NCBI GenBank assembly: GCA_002402455.1
Contig: DHFX01000001.1
Coordinates: 3,358 to 67,357 of the forward strand
DNA length: 64,000 nucleotides
Direction of reading: 5' to 3'
From: Candidatus Dojkabacteria bacterium UBA4813
Lineage (GTDB): Bacteria > Patescibacteriota > Dojkabacteria > SC72
Shown: piece after piece, positions 9,502-19,090 of the stretch
Layout: each line of letters begins with the position of its first letter
Position numbering within the stretch: position 1 is the stretch's first letter
Program-made: the position numbers and the translations under genes
The notes under the pieces: generated by a model
What the model was told of the DNA's origin: nothing
The model's database searches: none
Seen by the model: only the letters and a program-made list of their open reading frames with translations

Positions 9502-9924
9502 ATGAAGGACAGAGTTACAAAGGAAGAACTGGAGTATGTTGCAGGACTTTTTAGTGATTACATAAGGGAGGAACAAAAGGAAAACAATTCTGCATATGAG
9601 GTTAGAAATACAGGTAGGTTAGAGAGTTCAATAACACAGCCTTTTCAGAAGATAGGAGGGAGGGATCTCTATCCTACTTTAGTTTCTAAGGCATCTATGC
9701 TTTATTACCTTTGTATAAAGAACCATCCGTTTGAAGATGGGAATAAAAGGATGGGGATATTTGCTCTTATAATATATCTTGCTAAGAATGGTTATTGGTT
9801 GGATGCTGCCAATAAAGATCTTTTTAATACGACTGTCAAAACAGCTGCAAGTACTATGGAAGAGAAAGATCAAGTGATTGGCGAAATAGAGTCTTTTGTG
9901 GAGGGAAATATTACTTCTTACTAA
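9502..9924 (+). CDS. doc: Fic/Doc family (death-on-curing) toxin
   Basis: HPFEDGNKR Doc-type motif; LESSITQP...DLYPTLVSKAS. Confidence 0.9.
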   Translation: MKDRVTKEELEYVAGLFSDYIREEQKENNSAYEVRNTGRLESSITQPFQKIGGRDLYPTLVSKASMLYYLCIKNHPFEDGNKRMGIFALIIYLAKNGYWLDAANKDLFNTTVKTAASTMEEKDQVIGEIESFVEGNITSY

Positions 9925-9929
9925 CTTTC

Positions 9930-10382
9930 CTAATTTTTGTAATTTTTATGTTTTTTATTGCTTCTAGAAGGAAGGTCTCGTGGGTTTATAAATTCTATGT
10001 CTTCTAAACTCTTCTTTTTGTCCATATTAGTTGCCCACAGTTCTGTTATCCAGTCCGGGGAACTTTCCAAGGGTTCTATGTAAATACTTACTGATCTGTC
10101 ATCTAATTCTATCGGGATAAAGGTTATTGCAGATTCCGCCGATTCTATAAAATATATTTTTTGAGGGTTTCTTAAGGGGTATTTTACGTTGTTTATTTGT
10201 AAATAATCACAAATTTGAGCAAATTTTTCTATGTCTGTTATAGTGATTGACTCCACAGAGAGATTCTTTACACTAAGATCTTGATCTTTCCCGATTTTTT
10301 CTAGATAAATATCTATATCTTTTAGGTCTATATGATTTAGGGTTTCCTCTACTACTTGATACTGGTTTGGATATTTAAGCAT
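9930..10382 (-). CDS. Hypothetical protein
   Basis: 150-aa ORF filling the gap downstream of clpP; no motif recognised. Confidence 0.6.
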   Translation of the reverse strand: MLKYPNQYQVVEETLNHIDLKDIDIYLEKIGKDQDLSVKNLSVESITITDIEKFAQICDYLQINNVKYPLRNPQKIYFIESAESAITFIPIELDDRSVSIYIEPLESSPDWITELWATNMDKKKSLEDIEFINPRDLPSRSNKKHKNYKN

Positions 10383-10488
10383 TTGATCTATGTTGAATCT
10401 TAGGAAATCTAGGGCTTCTTGCTTAATTGAATCATCTATTCCTGTCGGGTCATCTTATAACATGAGGTATTTAAGAAAACAAATTAAA

Positions 10489-11079
10489 TTATCTTTTTGT
10501 AATAACTTTATCTATAATTCCATACTCCATAGCTTCCTTTGCTGTAAAGTATTTATCTCGATCTGCGTCTTTTTCTATTTGCTTAGGAGTTTTCCCTGTC
10601 TTGTTTGCAAGAATTTTGTAGAGAGCTTCTCTTGTTTTTATTATCTCTTTAGCTTCTATGTCAATATCGCTGGCTTGGCCTTGAACTCCCCCTATCGGCT
10701 GGTGTATGTGTATCTTACTGTTTGGTAATGCGAATCTCTTACCTTTTGTTCCGCTTACCAATAATACAGTTCCCATTGAGGCTGCTAAACCAACTGCGAT
10801 TGTTGAAACATCACATTTAATATAGTTCATGGTATCTATAATAGCCATTCCTGCAGTGATCTCTCCGCCATAGGAGTTAATAAACATCTGGATATCTTCT
10901 TTAGGGTTTTCTTTTTCCAGAAATAGTAATTGTGCAATCACGGTATTAGCCATATCTGTGCTGATAGTTCCACTGACGAATACAATTCTATCTTTCAGAA
11001 GACGTGAATAGATGTCATAAGCTCTTTCACCGCCTCTCTCTTTTTCTATAACTGTTGGTATTAAATTCATAAGAGACAA
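10489..11079 (-). CDS. clpP: ATP-dependent Clp protease proteolytic subunit
   Basis: [22 protein letters not shown] (Ser), IHQP (His), QASDI (Asp). Start may be the ATG at 11070. Confidence 0.98.
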   Translation of the reverse strand: MSLMNLIPTVIEKERGGERAYDIYSRLLKDRIVFVSGTISTDMANTVIAQLLFLEKENPKEDIQMFINSYGGEITAGMAIIDTMNYIKCDVSTIAVGLAASMGTVLLVSGTKGKRFALPNSKIHIHQPIGGVQGQASDIDIEAKEIIKTREALYKILANKTGKTPKQIEKDADRDKYFTAKEAMEYGIIDKVITKR

Positions 11080-11090
11080 CTTATTAAAAA

Positions 11091-12158
11091 TTATTTCTTT
11101 TTCTTGGTTGTTTCTTCTTTCTCTTCCTCCTCCTCAACCTTTATAACCTCATCTAAAAATTGGTGAAATGCTTTTTCTTTCTGCTCCACTCTCCTAATAT
11201 ATTCTTTCCATCCGGCATCTTTAAATACCGAAGGATCTGTATTCTCAGGAGCATTCTTTTTGATTAGTTCTATCTTTTTCTTTAAATCTTCCTCTGTAAC
11301 TTCAATCTTCCTTTCATCTGAATATAATTTGAGGAAGACATCAGTTTGAAGTGCCTGTTTCGCATCTTCCTGCCACATCTCTCGCATCTTATCTAGGGTA
11401 ATATTGTTTGCTTCTAAAAATTGGTCTATATCTATACCTTTCTGTTGCATATCTGTGACGAAGGCTCTCTCTCTTTCTGATGCTTCGTAATCTATTGCCG
11501 GTTGAGGTATTTCTATGTTGGATAACTTTATAGCTTCTCTTAAAGCTTCGTCCTCTAATTTGTTATGCATTATGAGTTTCTTTTGGGAAAGTATTGCATC
11601 TTTTATATGTTTTCTTAGCCCTTTTAGATCTCTTACGTCATCTAATCTAAGTAACCTGATAATTTCCTTTGCCCAGTCTTCATTTATCTCTTTAGCCTTT
11701 GTTTTTTGGTTTTTCTGTAATCTTTCTAAAGCTTCATCTACTTCTTTTTCAGATACAGAGACTTCTTCTTCCTTAATTTCTAACTTCTTAAGATTTCCTA
11801 ACTTAAACTCCGGCATTACCGTGATATTCATTGTGAATTCTAAGTTGTTGTCTTTTTCAAGATTAGGAAATTCTTTATATTCCGGTGGTGCAATTGGAAG
11901 GACTTCTTCCTTTATAAGGACTCTCTCTAAATATTCAGGAATAAGCTTTTCAAGAGTCTGGATTTTTAGTGTATGTCCAACATGTGGCTCCACAAGTTCT
12001 CCGGGGACTTTTCCTTTTCTAAAACCTTTTATGTTTGTATCCTCGAGCTCTCTTTTTAGTATAGCCTTATATTCTTTGTCAAATGCGTCTTTCGGAATTG
12101 TAATTTTAAACTGGATAGTATCTTTGGAAATGTTCTCTCTCTTATATGTATCGATCAT
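11091..12158 (-). CDS. tig: Trigger factor lacking the FKBP PPIase domain
   Basis: [10 protein letters not shown] ribosome-binding motif; 355 aa; upstream of clpP. Confidence 0.9.
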   Translation of the reverse strand: MIDTYKRENISKDTIQFKITIPKDAFDKEYKAILKRELEDTNIKGFRKGKVPGELVEPHVGHTLKIQTLEKLIPEYLERVLIKEEVLPIAPPEYKEFPNLEKDNNLEFTMNITVMPEFKLGNLKKLEIKEEEVSVSEKEVDEALERLQKNQKTKAKEINEDWAKEIIRLLRLDDVRDLKGLRKHIKDAILSQKKLIMHNKLEDEALREAIKLSNIEIPQPAIDYEASERERAFVTDMQQKGIDIDQFLEANNITLDKMREMWQEDAKQALQTDVFLKLYSDERKIEVTEEDLKKKIELIKKNAPENTDPSVFKDAGWKEYIRRVEQKEKAFHQFLDEVIKVEEEEEKEETTKKKK

Positions 12159-12198
12159 GAAGTTATCTTCTCTTATATATTAAAATTGCGGTCAAAGT

Positions 12199-12909
12199 CT
12201 ACACTTTTTTATATAATTTGTCCAGTTTTGCTATTACTACAAAGCGTTTTTCCGAGGTCCATAGCGGTGTACAAGTTATTAGTGTCAGTCGATAGTCGTC
12301 TGTTTGTCTTATGACAGAAACATCGTTTGGTTCGACAATTTTTGTCTCTGTAACAATGTAGTTAAAGAATTCTTCCTCTTCTGGTCTGTTAGGGTCAGGG
12401 TTTTGCGAGATTACTATTCTCTCCCCTATTTTAATATCCTCTAGGTTAAAGAATGTATCCTTCCTAGGTGGTAAATGTAGGAAACGATGTCCAATTATCA
12501 CACTATTACCCTTTTCTCCAGGGAAGGACGTAGTTGGGAAGTGCCAGAAGCCATCATCCATTCTGAGTGAGGATTCTCCTTGGAGGATTTCCCCTTCTAT
12601 CTTTATGGTGTCTATGGTGATTATGGTATTTAATTCTTCAAGAACTTTTTTGTTCAAGTTTATCTTTGTATCTTTTAGAGATTCTTCTATTGAAGTTGCT
12701 CCAAGAACTTGTTCTTGGTATTTTTCTTTATTTGGGGATATCTGTGTAAGGATTTTCACACTTGCTTCTTTGGATATATTGTAAAGGTCAAAGGAATTAA
12801 AAGCTAAAACTAAGTTATTATAGTTAGGGTATAGGATAAATAAAAAAGCTGGCGAAAGTACCAATAGTATTAAAAAAAGTGTTATTGTTATTTTTTTTAG
12901 ATTTCTCAT
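12199..12909 (-). CDS. Sortase (class D/E-like)
   Basis: N-terminal TM; IIGHR (His), LTLITCTP (Cys), KRFVV (Arg). The ORF track starts at 12951; the ATG at 12909 has a purine-rich SD-like sequence. Confidence 0.92.
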   Translation of the reverse strand: MRNLKKITITLFLILLVLSPAFLFILYPNYNNLVLAFNSFDLYNISKEASVKILTQISPNKEKYQEQVLGATSIEESLKDTKINLNKKVLEELNTIITIDTIKIEGEILQGESSLRMDDGFWHFPTTSFPGEKGNSVIIGHRFLHLPPRKDTFFNLEDIKIGERIVISQNPDPNRPEEEEFFNYIVTETKIVEPNDVSVIRQTDDYRLTLITCTPLWTSEKRFVVIAKLDKLYKKV

Positions 12910-13010
12910 GTTTCTTCCCCCTATTCTACTATTTTTGTGAGATAGTTGCATTCTTTCATTAATTATATTATTCTAAGATTAGAAGCATATAAATTTTAAT
13001 ATAGGATAAA

Positions 13011-13967
13011 GTGGCAAAGAAAAAATCTAAATCTGCCAAAACATCTAAGGTTTCTAAAAAGGTTGTCGAGAAGGCACAACCTAAACCTAAGGACTCTATG
13101 CTATCAAAGGTTGAAATAAAAAAGCCGGGTAGCCAAGAGAAAATTTCTAAAGTTGTAGGAACAATCTTCATATTTCTAGGAATTGTGCTCATTGGTTATG
13201 GAATATACTCTTTCGTTAGGTTCAGCAGAACTCCGGAATTGGATGAAACGTTGGACACTCCTTCTCTATCTGGGATGGAGATTATAACTAATGATGAGGA
13301 TGTAGTAATAAGGGGCACAGCTGAGGGTTTTGATGAGGTTTTTGTTTACGTAGATAATGAAGAAGTAGCAAGGGTAAAGGTAGATTCCGAGGGGACCTTT
13401 GAGTATGAATATCCTGTGGAAGGTGAGGGTACATATGCTGTATCCGTGGCTGGTGTTAAGGGTTTCCCAAAGAGATATATCTCTCTACAATCAGACATGA
13501 AAATGGTTAAAGTAGATAGGACAGATCCTGTATTAACGAAGATAGACTATCCCGAAGAAGTCGGAACGGAGAGTTTTACTCTTGTTGGCAGTGTGGAGCC
13601 TAACGCAGAAGTTACGGTAACAAGAGGAACGGACAAATATGTTGCGACATGTGATGAGCAAGGAGATTTTAGTATTACGGAGATTCTTCTTGATGAGGGA
13701 CCAAATGTATTTGGTGTAAGCATTACCGATGAAGCAGGTAACGAAGTGGAACTTGAAGAAAAGGTTAAGGTTACATACTCTATGGATAGTGATGTTAACG
13801 GGAATGCTGTAACTGATGAAATTCCGGTTGCTGCCGGAGAGTTAGAGGAGGCGATGCAGGTATTACTAGGCAATAATCTAATGATGACATTTGGATTCCT
13901 TGCAATTCTAGGGTTCTTGCTCAGTCTCGGTTTTGCTTTTCTTAAATACGAAGGGAAAAGGGAGTAA
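13011..13967 (+). CDS. Surface protein with two Ig-like domains and a putative sortase sorting signal
   Basis: Lys-rich N-terminus plus TM; IRGTAE/VGSVEPNAEV, DEAGN, DRTDP Ig-fold patterns; C-terminal IPVAAG + hydrophobic helix + KYEGKRE. Confidence 0.75.
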   Translation: MAKKKSKSAKTSKVSKKVVEKAQPKPKDSMLSKVEIKKPGSQEKISKVVGTIFIFLGIVLIGYGIYSFVRFSRTPELDETLDTPSLSGMEIITNDEDVVIRGTAEGFDEVFVYVDNEEVARVKVDSEGTFEYEYPVEGEGTYAVSVAGVKGFPKRYISLQSDMKMVKVDRTDPVLTKIDYPEEVGTESFTLVGSVEPNAEVTVTRGTDKYVATCDEQGDFSITEILLDEGPNVFGVSITDEAGNEVELEEKVKVTYSMDSDVNGNAVTDEIPVAAGELEEAMQVLLGNNLMMTFGFLAILGFLLSLGFAFLKYEGKRE

Positions 13968-13990
13968 CCTGCTTTGTAAAGAGATTTATT

Positions 13991-14019
13991 AGGGGAGTTG
14001 ATGCTCCCCTTTTAGTTTT
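13991..14019 (+). terminator. Probable intrinsic terminator
   Basis: AGGGGAG-ttgatg-CTCCCCT followed by TTTAGTTTT, 23 nt after the stop of 13011..13967. Confidence 0.7.
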
Positions 14020-14051
14020 CCATTAGTTTGAAATTTTTGTTAATATATATC

Positions 14052-15209
14052 GTGCAATTTCTAAAAACATTTTTACAAAAACCTGCTATAGTCATTCTCT
14101 TAGTTGGTATTTATTTTCTTCTCCCCTCCTTTGTATTGGCTAATGATCTTGGAATTGAAGAGTCACTTTCCCAAGGAGGGCAAGAAGAACTGGTAGTAAG
14201 AGAGATAAGCAGGGGGAGGATAATTGAGCAGGAAAAAGTAGATTGTGACATGATGGGTGGTGGGAGTGAAATTGATTGCTTTAGTTATAAGGTAGAAGTT
14301 TTGGAGGGGCAGTGGAAAGGGGCGATTGTAGAGACAATGCCGACTTGGATTACCAATGAAGAATCTCTCTTTGAGGAAGGAAGTAAAGTTTATCTTTCTA
14401 GAACAGAAGGCTTTGATGGAGGGGAAGTTTGGACTGTAGAAAGCTATTCTCGAGAGACTGCTCTCCTAATCCTAACAGTTGTATTTATATTTCTAATAAT
14501 TCTAATAACAGGAATACGTGGTTTAAGAGCAACTGTAGGTTTGCTTATAAGCTTCTGTACAATTTACTTTTTTGCGATACCTAAGATTAATGACGGTTCT
14601 AACTTCTTTTTAATTTCTACTGTAGCGATTCTTATTCTATTGTGTGCTGTAACTTTTGTTACTTACGGATTAAACAAGAAGTCCTTCATAGCTTTTAGCT
14701 CTACTCTTTTAGGGATTTTAATTATTCTTGTTATTGGTTATATAGTTACTACTGCACTAGATATTAATGGTCTTGGTGAGGAGGAAGCGACTATGTTACT
14801 TGATACTACACAGGGTGTCATAAAACTTTCTTGGGTATTTCTTTTAAGTGTTGTAATTGGTGCTTTGGGAGTCCTAGATGACGTTACGATTGGGCAGGTT
14901 TCTTCAATGCTGGAGATTTATGAGACAGACAGGACTTTACCTTCTAAAGAGCTTTTTAGGAAAGCAATGAATGTTGGAAAAGATCATATAGCATCTATGG
15001 TAAATACCCTGTTTATAGCTTATGCTGGTTCTAGTTTTGTGTTGGTAATTCTTCTTTCTGCAAACAGTCCTGATTTCAGGATATTAATAAACGAGGGATT
15101 TATAGTGGAAGAGATTGTGAGAACCTTAGTTGCAAGTATAGGGTTAATCTTGGTCGTTCCCCTAACCTCCTTTATTGCTTCCAAATTAGTTGTTAAAGTT
15201 CTCAAGTGA
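14052..15209 (+). CDS. YibE/F family membrane protein
   Basis: IGALGVLDDVTIGQ, GKDHIASMVNTLFIAYAG, EEIVRTLVASIGL. Start is the GTG at 14052 or TTG at 14028. Confidence 0.9.
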   Translation: MQFLKTFLQKPAIVILLVGIYFLLPSFVLANDLGIEESLSQGGQEELVVREISRGRIIEQEKVDCDMMGGGSEIDCFSYKVEVLEGQWKGAIVETMPTWITNEESLFEEGSKVYLSRTEGFDGGEVWTVESYSRETALLILTVVFIFLIILITGIRGLRATVGLLISFCTIYFFAIPKINDGSNFFLISTVAILILLCAVTFVTYGLNKKSFIAFSSTLLGILIILVIGYIVTTALDINGLGEEEATMLLDTTQGVIKLSWVFLLSVVIGALGVLDDVTIGQVSSMLEIYETDRTLPSKELFRKAMNVGKDHIASMVNTLFIAYAGSSFVLVILLSANSPDFRILINEGFIVEEIVRTLVASIGLILVVPLTSFIASKLVVKVLK

Positions 15210-15271
15210 ATATAAAATTGTTATAATCATAAAGGAATTAATATAACATAAATAAATTAATTAGCTATACC

Positions 15272-16441
15272 ATGCCAAGGATATTTTCATTTAGAGATAA
15301 CAGGAAACCTTCTGACGATTTTTCAAACACAGAGAGAACGGACAACTTGAGAGAAACGGGTAGCTCTGGAGTAAGTTACAAGCAGAAGAACAAAAGGAAT
15401 ATAACAATAGATCTTTCTACCAGAACAATGCTGTTTATACTAGCTATTTTAGGATTTATATTCTTTGCAAAGGAATTAATCTCTGTAATAGTGTTTCTGT
15501 TTTTTGGTTTTGTTTTAATGGCAAGTATGAGACCAATAGTAAATTGGTTAAAAAGTAAGGGTCTTTCAAAGGGACTCGCTATTACCCTACCCTATTTGTT
15601 TCTCCTTGTCATAATCTTGGGTGTTATTGTTTTAATAGCTGTTCCACTTGTGAACCAAATGACTGAACTGGTGAAGGTTCTTCCGCAGTGGCTAGAGAGT
15701 GCTTTGACATTTTTGGAGGATTTCTCCGTCGGAGGGTACTCTGTTAATGTAGAGAGCATAAGTGTTTATATAACAGAATTTATAAAGGGTCTCCCAACGG
15801 TAGATAATGTGAAGAACGTTGCAACTTTCCTTTCTGAATTCTTTAGCGTTGGAGCGTTTTTAACCACCTCCATAGTCTTTTCTGTGTATCTTGTTTCAGA
15901 GCATGACACATTGGCAGATGTTGCTTTTATGAGAATAGTTTCTTTGGAAAAAAGAGATAGGGTAAAACAGCTTGTTTCAGATGTTGAGGGGAAGCTAGGA
16001 AGTTGGGTTTTGGGTCAGGCAGTTGTGAGTGCTAGCGTGATGATTTTTACATGGGTGCTTTTATCTATTCTTGGGGTTCCATTTTCTCTCCCACTTGCTA
16101 TTTTTACCGGTTTTATTAATGTCATTCCCAATCTGGGATCAACAATCTCTGGAATCCTTATGGCTTTGGTGACTTTGATAGCTGTGAACCCTGTTAGTGC
16201 TTTAATAGTTGCAGGTTCTTTTTTTGTGTACCAACAGATTGAGAATTCTTTTATAGTTCCAAAGGTTATGGGTAATGCCGTTGGTCTAAAACCGATCTTT
16301 GTTTTACTCGGGGTGATAGTATTTATAACCTTTTTCGGATTAATTGGAGGTTTTGTTGCTGTACCTCTTATGGTTATTGCTAAAATCTTTTATGAGTTTT
16401 ATATAGACTTGCAAAAATTAGAAGCTAAAGGTATTGTTTAA
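15272..16441 (+). CDS. AI-2E (PerM) family transporter
   Basis: Polytopic protein; IPNLG, QQIENSFIVPKVMG, GLIGGFVAVP. Confidence 0.9.
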   Translation: MPRIFSFRDNRKPSDDFSNTERTDNLRETGSSGVSYKQKNKRNITIDLSTRTMLFILAILGFIFFAKELISVIVFLFFGFVLMASMRPIVNWLKSKGLSKGLAITLPYLFLLVIILGVIVLIAVPLVNQMTELVKVLPQWLESALTFLEDFSVGGYSVNVESISVYITEFIKGLPTVDNVKNVATFLSEFFSVGAFLTTSIVFSVYLVSEHDTLADVAFMRIVSLEKRDRVKQLVSDVEGKLGSWVLGQAVVSASVMIFTWVLLSILGVPFSLPLAIFTGFINVIPNLGSTISGILMALVTLIAVNPVSALIVAGSFFVYQQIENSFIVPKVMGNAVGLKPIFVLLGVIVFITFFGLIGGFVAVPLMVIAKIFYEFYIDLQKLEAKGIV

Positions 16442-16476
16442 TATACAGATCTTAATTTTTTACTGCCCAATTTAAG

Positions 16477-19023
16477 ATGCTTAGTCCTACGTCGAAAAAG
16501 AGCAAAGTTTTCTTTTTTGAAGATTATTCAGCTAAAGAATTAAATGAAAACAGGACTGGAAGAAAGGGTCTTAGTTTGTTTAAACTTAAGGATATGGATG
16601 TTCCAGTTCCTGAGTTCTTTGTTATATCTAGTGATGTTTTTGTAGATTTGGCATTTAATGCTTTAGAGAAAGGTAGAAAAAAAATACTAGCAAAGGGAAG
16701 AAATCCTGAGAAAGAAGAAATTGCCTCTCTCTTTCTTAAAAGTGAATTTCCGAAAGAAGTTCAAGAGGAGATACTTAGTGCTTATGCCAGAATGTCGGGT
16801 TTTACGGATGCTTGGGTTTCAGTAAGGTCCTCTGTCGTTTTCCCCGAGAACAAACAGGTGTCTTTCAGTGGTATATTTTCCACAGAATTAAATGTTCGTA
16901 AATTTGATAACCTACAGGACGCGATAAAAAGGGTTTTTGCATCCATGTTCTGCGATGATGTCATAGCTTATGCTTCCAAGATGGGTATAGATTTGGCAGA
17001 GGTTAAGCTTGCAGTTGTTGTTCAGAAGATGGTTCAGTCAGAAGTTTCTGGAGTAGTATTTACAGTTGATCCAATAACCCAAGATAACTCTAAGTTAAGC
17101 ATAGAGGCTGTATTTGGGTTGGGAGATGTAATATCTCTCGGTGAAATCACTCCTGACACATATCTATTGAATAAAAAGGATCTTACTGTTGTAGAAAAAC
17201 ATATCTCTCCGCAGGAGTGGATGAAAGTTAGGACTCTCAAATCAGTAAGAAGTGAAAAGAATATAGAAAAGATAAAAATATCCAGTGGTTGGAGTCATAG
17301 ACAGAAACTCTCAGATAAAGATATGAGAGAAATTTCTAAGATAGCCCTGATTGTTGAGAACAAATCCAGAGAAATCCAGAACTTAGAATGGGTCCTTTCT
17401 GGTGGAAAGTTTTGGGTTCTTCAGAACAAACCTCTCTATGAGGAATCTGTACAGGAAAAAGTTATTCCATTGAGTTCTGATTTAACTAGAAGAAACATTC
17501 ATGATTTAGTTGTAGGTTTTATTGAAAAGTACAGAGGAGAGTCAATGATAGTTTCTCAGGCTATCTCGGATGCAAAGAAGATGGTGAATAGGAACGGAAA
17601 TGAAGCTGCAAAAAATTTGGAGAGATTAATCCTTTCTGCAAAGAAGGAAACTGGGGAAGTACTTTCTTCCACAAGGCAGGAAGATCTTTTAGCTTCGGGT
17701 ATTGGTGCCAGCTTTGGGGTTAAAACAGGGAGAGTTAGTGTTGTAGACGGTTCGGTGGATAGGAAATTTACTACAGATGACATTCTTTTAATAAAGAGAT
17801 ATTCTTCGGAAATGGAATCTATGATAGTTTCCTGCGGAGGGGTTATTATGGATACAGGTGGTCTTACAAGTGATACCTCTATACTATGTAGAGAGGTTGG
17901 AATTCCGGCAGTCGTTGGTACTATGAATGCCTCTGAAAAAATAAAATCCGGAGATTGGGTCAGAATAGACGGGAACTCCGGAACGGTATATTTAGTTAAG
18001 AAAGAAGCAGATGACGAAGTTCATCCTGTTATTCAAGCTTACAGTGAAGGAAGTGTGGCAATAGATGAAATCTCCGAAGAGGGAAAAGAGGAAGGAAGAG
18101 AAGAAAAAAAGAAAGAAGAAAAACTCCTTCCACCTAAAGATACTACCCTACCCCCTTCTGCTACAAAAGTGTTTAGCATGGGTGATGTAGGGCCTAAGAA
18201 ACTCTTTGACAATATCGGTAATTCCAACGGAATAGTATATGTGGATTTAGATAAGATCCTCTTAGAAGATGGTAGACATATAATGGCCTATGTGGAAGAA
18301 AAACAATTTGTCGAGTTCTCAAATAAAATTGCCGAAAAGATTCTGGAATATGTAGAATTAGCAAGAGGAGATGAAGTTATAGTTTCAATAGGTTCAAGCA
18401 AAGTAGGAAAATTCAGAAATCTCACAAAAGGCAAGAGTTACGAAGAGAGTTCACTTCCAGATGATGCGTATGGTGCAGTACACTATCTTAATAATTTAGA
18501 TATGCTCAAAAGGGTATTAAGGATTATTAGAAAGGTCAGAAATGTTCATAAGAAGAGAAATGTCTCTATTGCGCTTCATTCACCTATGAACGGAGAGGCG
18601 ATGATTGACTTTAAGAAGCAACTCTCCGGAGAGAAATTGAGAAGAACATCTACATTTAAAGTCTATGCAATCTTAGACAATCCCTCAGAGATAATTCTTG
18701 CAGATGAAATTGCGAAGGCGAAGATAGATGGTCTTATTCTTAATATGCCGAGAATAGCAAGACAGATGCAAGGTTTTAATTTCGATCAAAAAAGTGCAAA
18801 GTACGATTTAACAAGAAATAGCGTTTTCAAGGTTTTAGATAGTGTAATTGACACTATAAAGGACCAAACTGACAGAATTATTGTGATTGTTGAAAATAGC
18901 AAACCCCTAATAAAATACTGTGTCCAAGCAGGAGTCTACGGAATCTCTGTAACCTCGGAGGATATTGCTGAAGCAAGAAGAGTTGTCTTTCAAGAGGAAA
19001 GTGATCTTATTCTTAAAAAGTAA
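16477..19023 (+). CDS. PEP-synthase (PpsA)-like protein with non-canonical catalytic sites
   Basis: ATP-grasp motifs VSVRSS, SFSG, VVVQKMV, SGVVFTVDP; swivel domain GGLTSDTSILCREVGIPAVVG; divergent C-terminal barrel. Confidence 0.85.
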   Translation: MLSPTSKKSKVFFFEDYSAKELNENRTGRKGLSLFKLKDMDVPVPEFFVISSDVFVDLAFNALEKGRKKILAKGRNPEKEEIASLFLKSEFPKEVQEEILSAYARMSGFTDAWVSVRSSVVFPENKQVSFSGIFSTELNVRKFDNLQDAIKRVFASMFCDDVIAYASKMGIDLAEVKLAVVVQKMVQSEVSGVVFTVDPITQDNSKLSIEAVFGLGDVISLGEITPDTYLLNKKDLTVVEKHISPQEWMKVRTLKSVRSEKNIEKIKISSGWSHRQKLSDKDMREISKIALIVENKSREIQNLEWVLSGGKFWVLQNKPLYEESVQEKVIPLSSDLTRRNIHDLVVGFIEKYRGESMIVSQAISDAKKMVNRNGNEAAKNLERLILSAKKETGEVLSSTRQEDLLASGIGASFGVKTGRVSVVDGSVDRKFTTDDILLIKRYSSEMESMIVSCGGVIMDTGGLTSDTSILCREVGIPAVVGTMNASEKIKSGDWVRIDGNSGTVYLVKKEADDEVHPVIQAYSEGSVAIDEISEEGKEEGREEKKKEEKLLPPKDTTLPPSATKVFSMGDVGPKKLFDNIGNSNGIVYVDLDKILLEDGRHIMAYVEEKQFVEFSNKIAEKILEYVELARGDEVIVSIGSSKVGKFRNLTKGKSYEESSLPDDAYGAVHYLNNLDMLKRVLRIIRKVRNVHKKRNVSIALHSPMNGEAMIDFKKQLSGEKLRRTSTFKVYAILDNPSEIILADEIAKAKIDGLILNMPRIARQMQGFNFDQKSAKYDLTRNSVFKVLDSVIDTIKDQTDRIIVIVENSKPLIKYCVQAGVYGISVTSEDIAEARRVVFQEESDLILKK

Positions 19024-19090
19024 AAAAATTTTTATTTCTTTCTTTCCTAACCTGTAGTATGTAGACCTTTCTTCGTGTTATACTTTTCAA

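Noticed and set aside
9249-10382. Integrated element at tRNA-Val carrying the TA module
   Set aside because: The TA genes lie on the 5' side of the tRNA, and no duplicated tRNA 3' end or integrase was found
11515-12183. 222-aa plus-strand ORF
   Set aside because: Antisense to tig; its S/F/L-rich composition is what the reverse of E/K-rich codons produces. The same applies to the other short antisense ORFs in the track.
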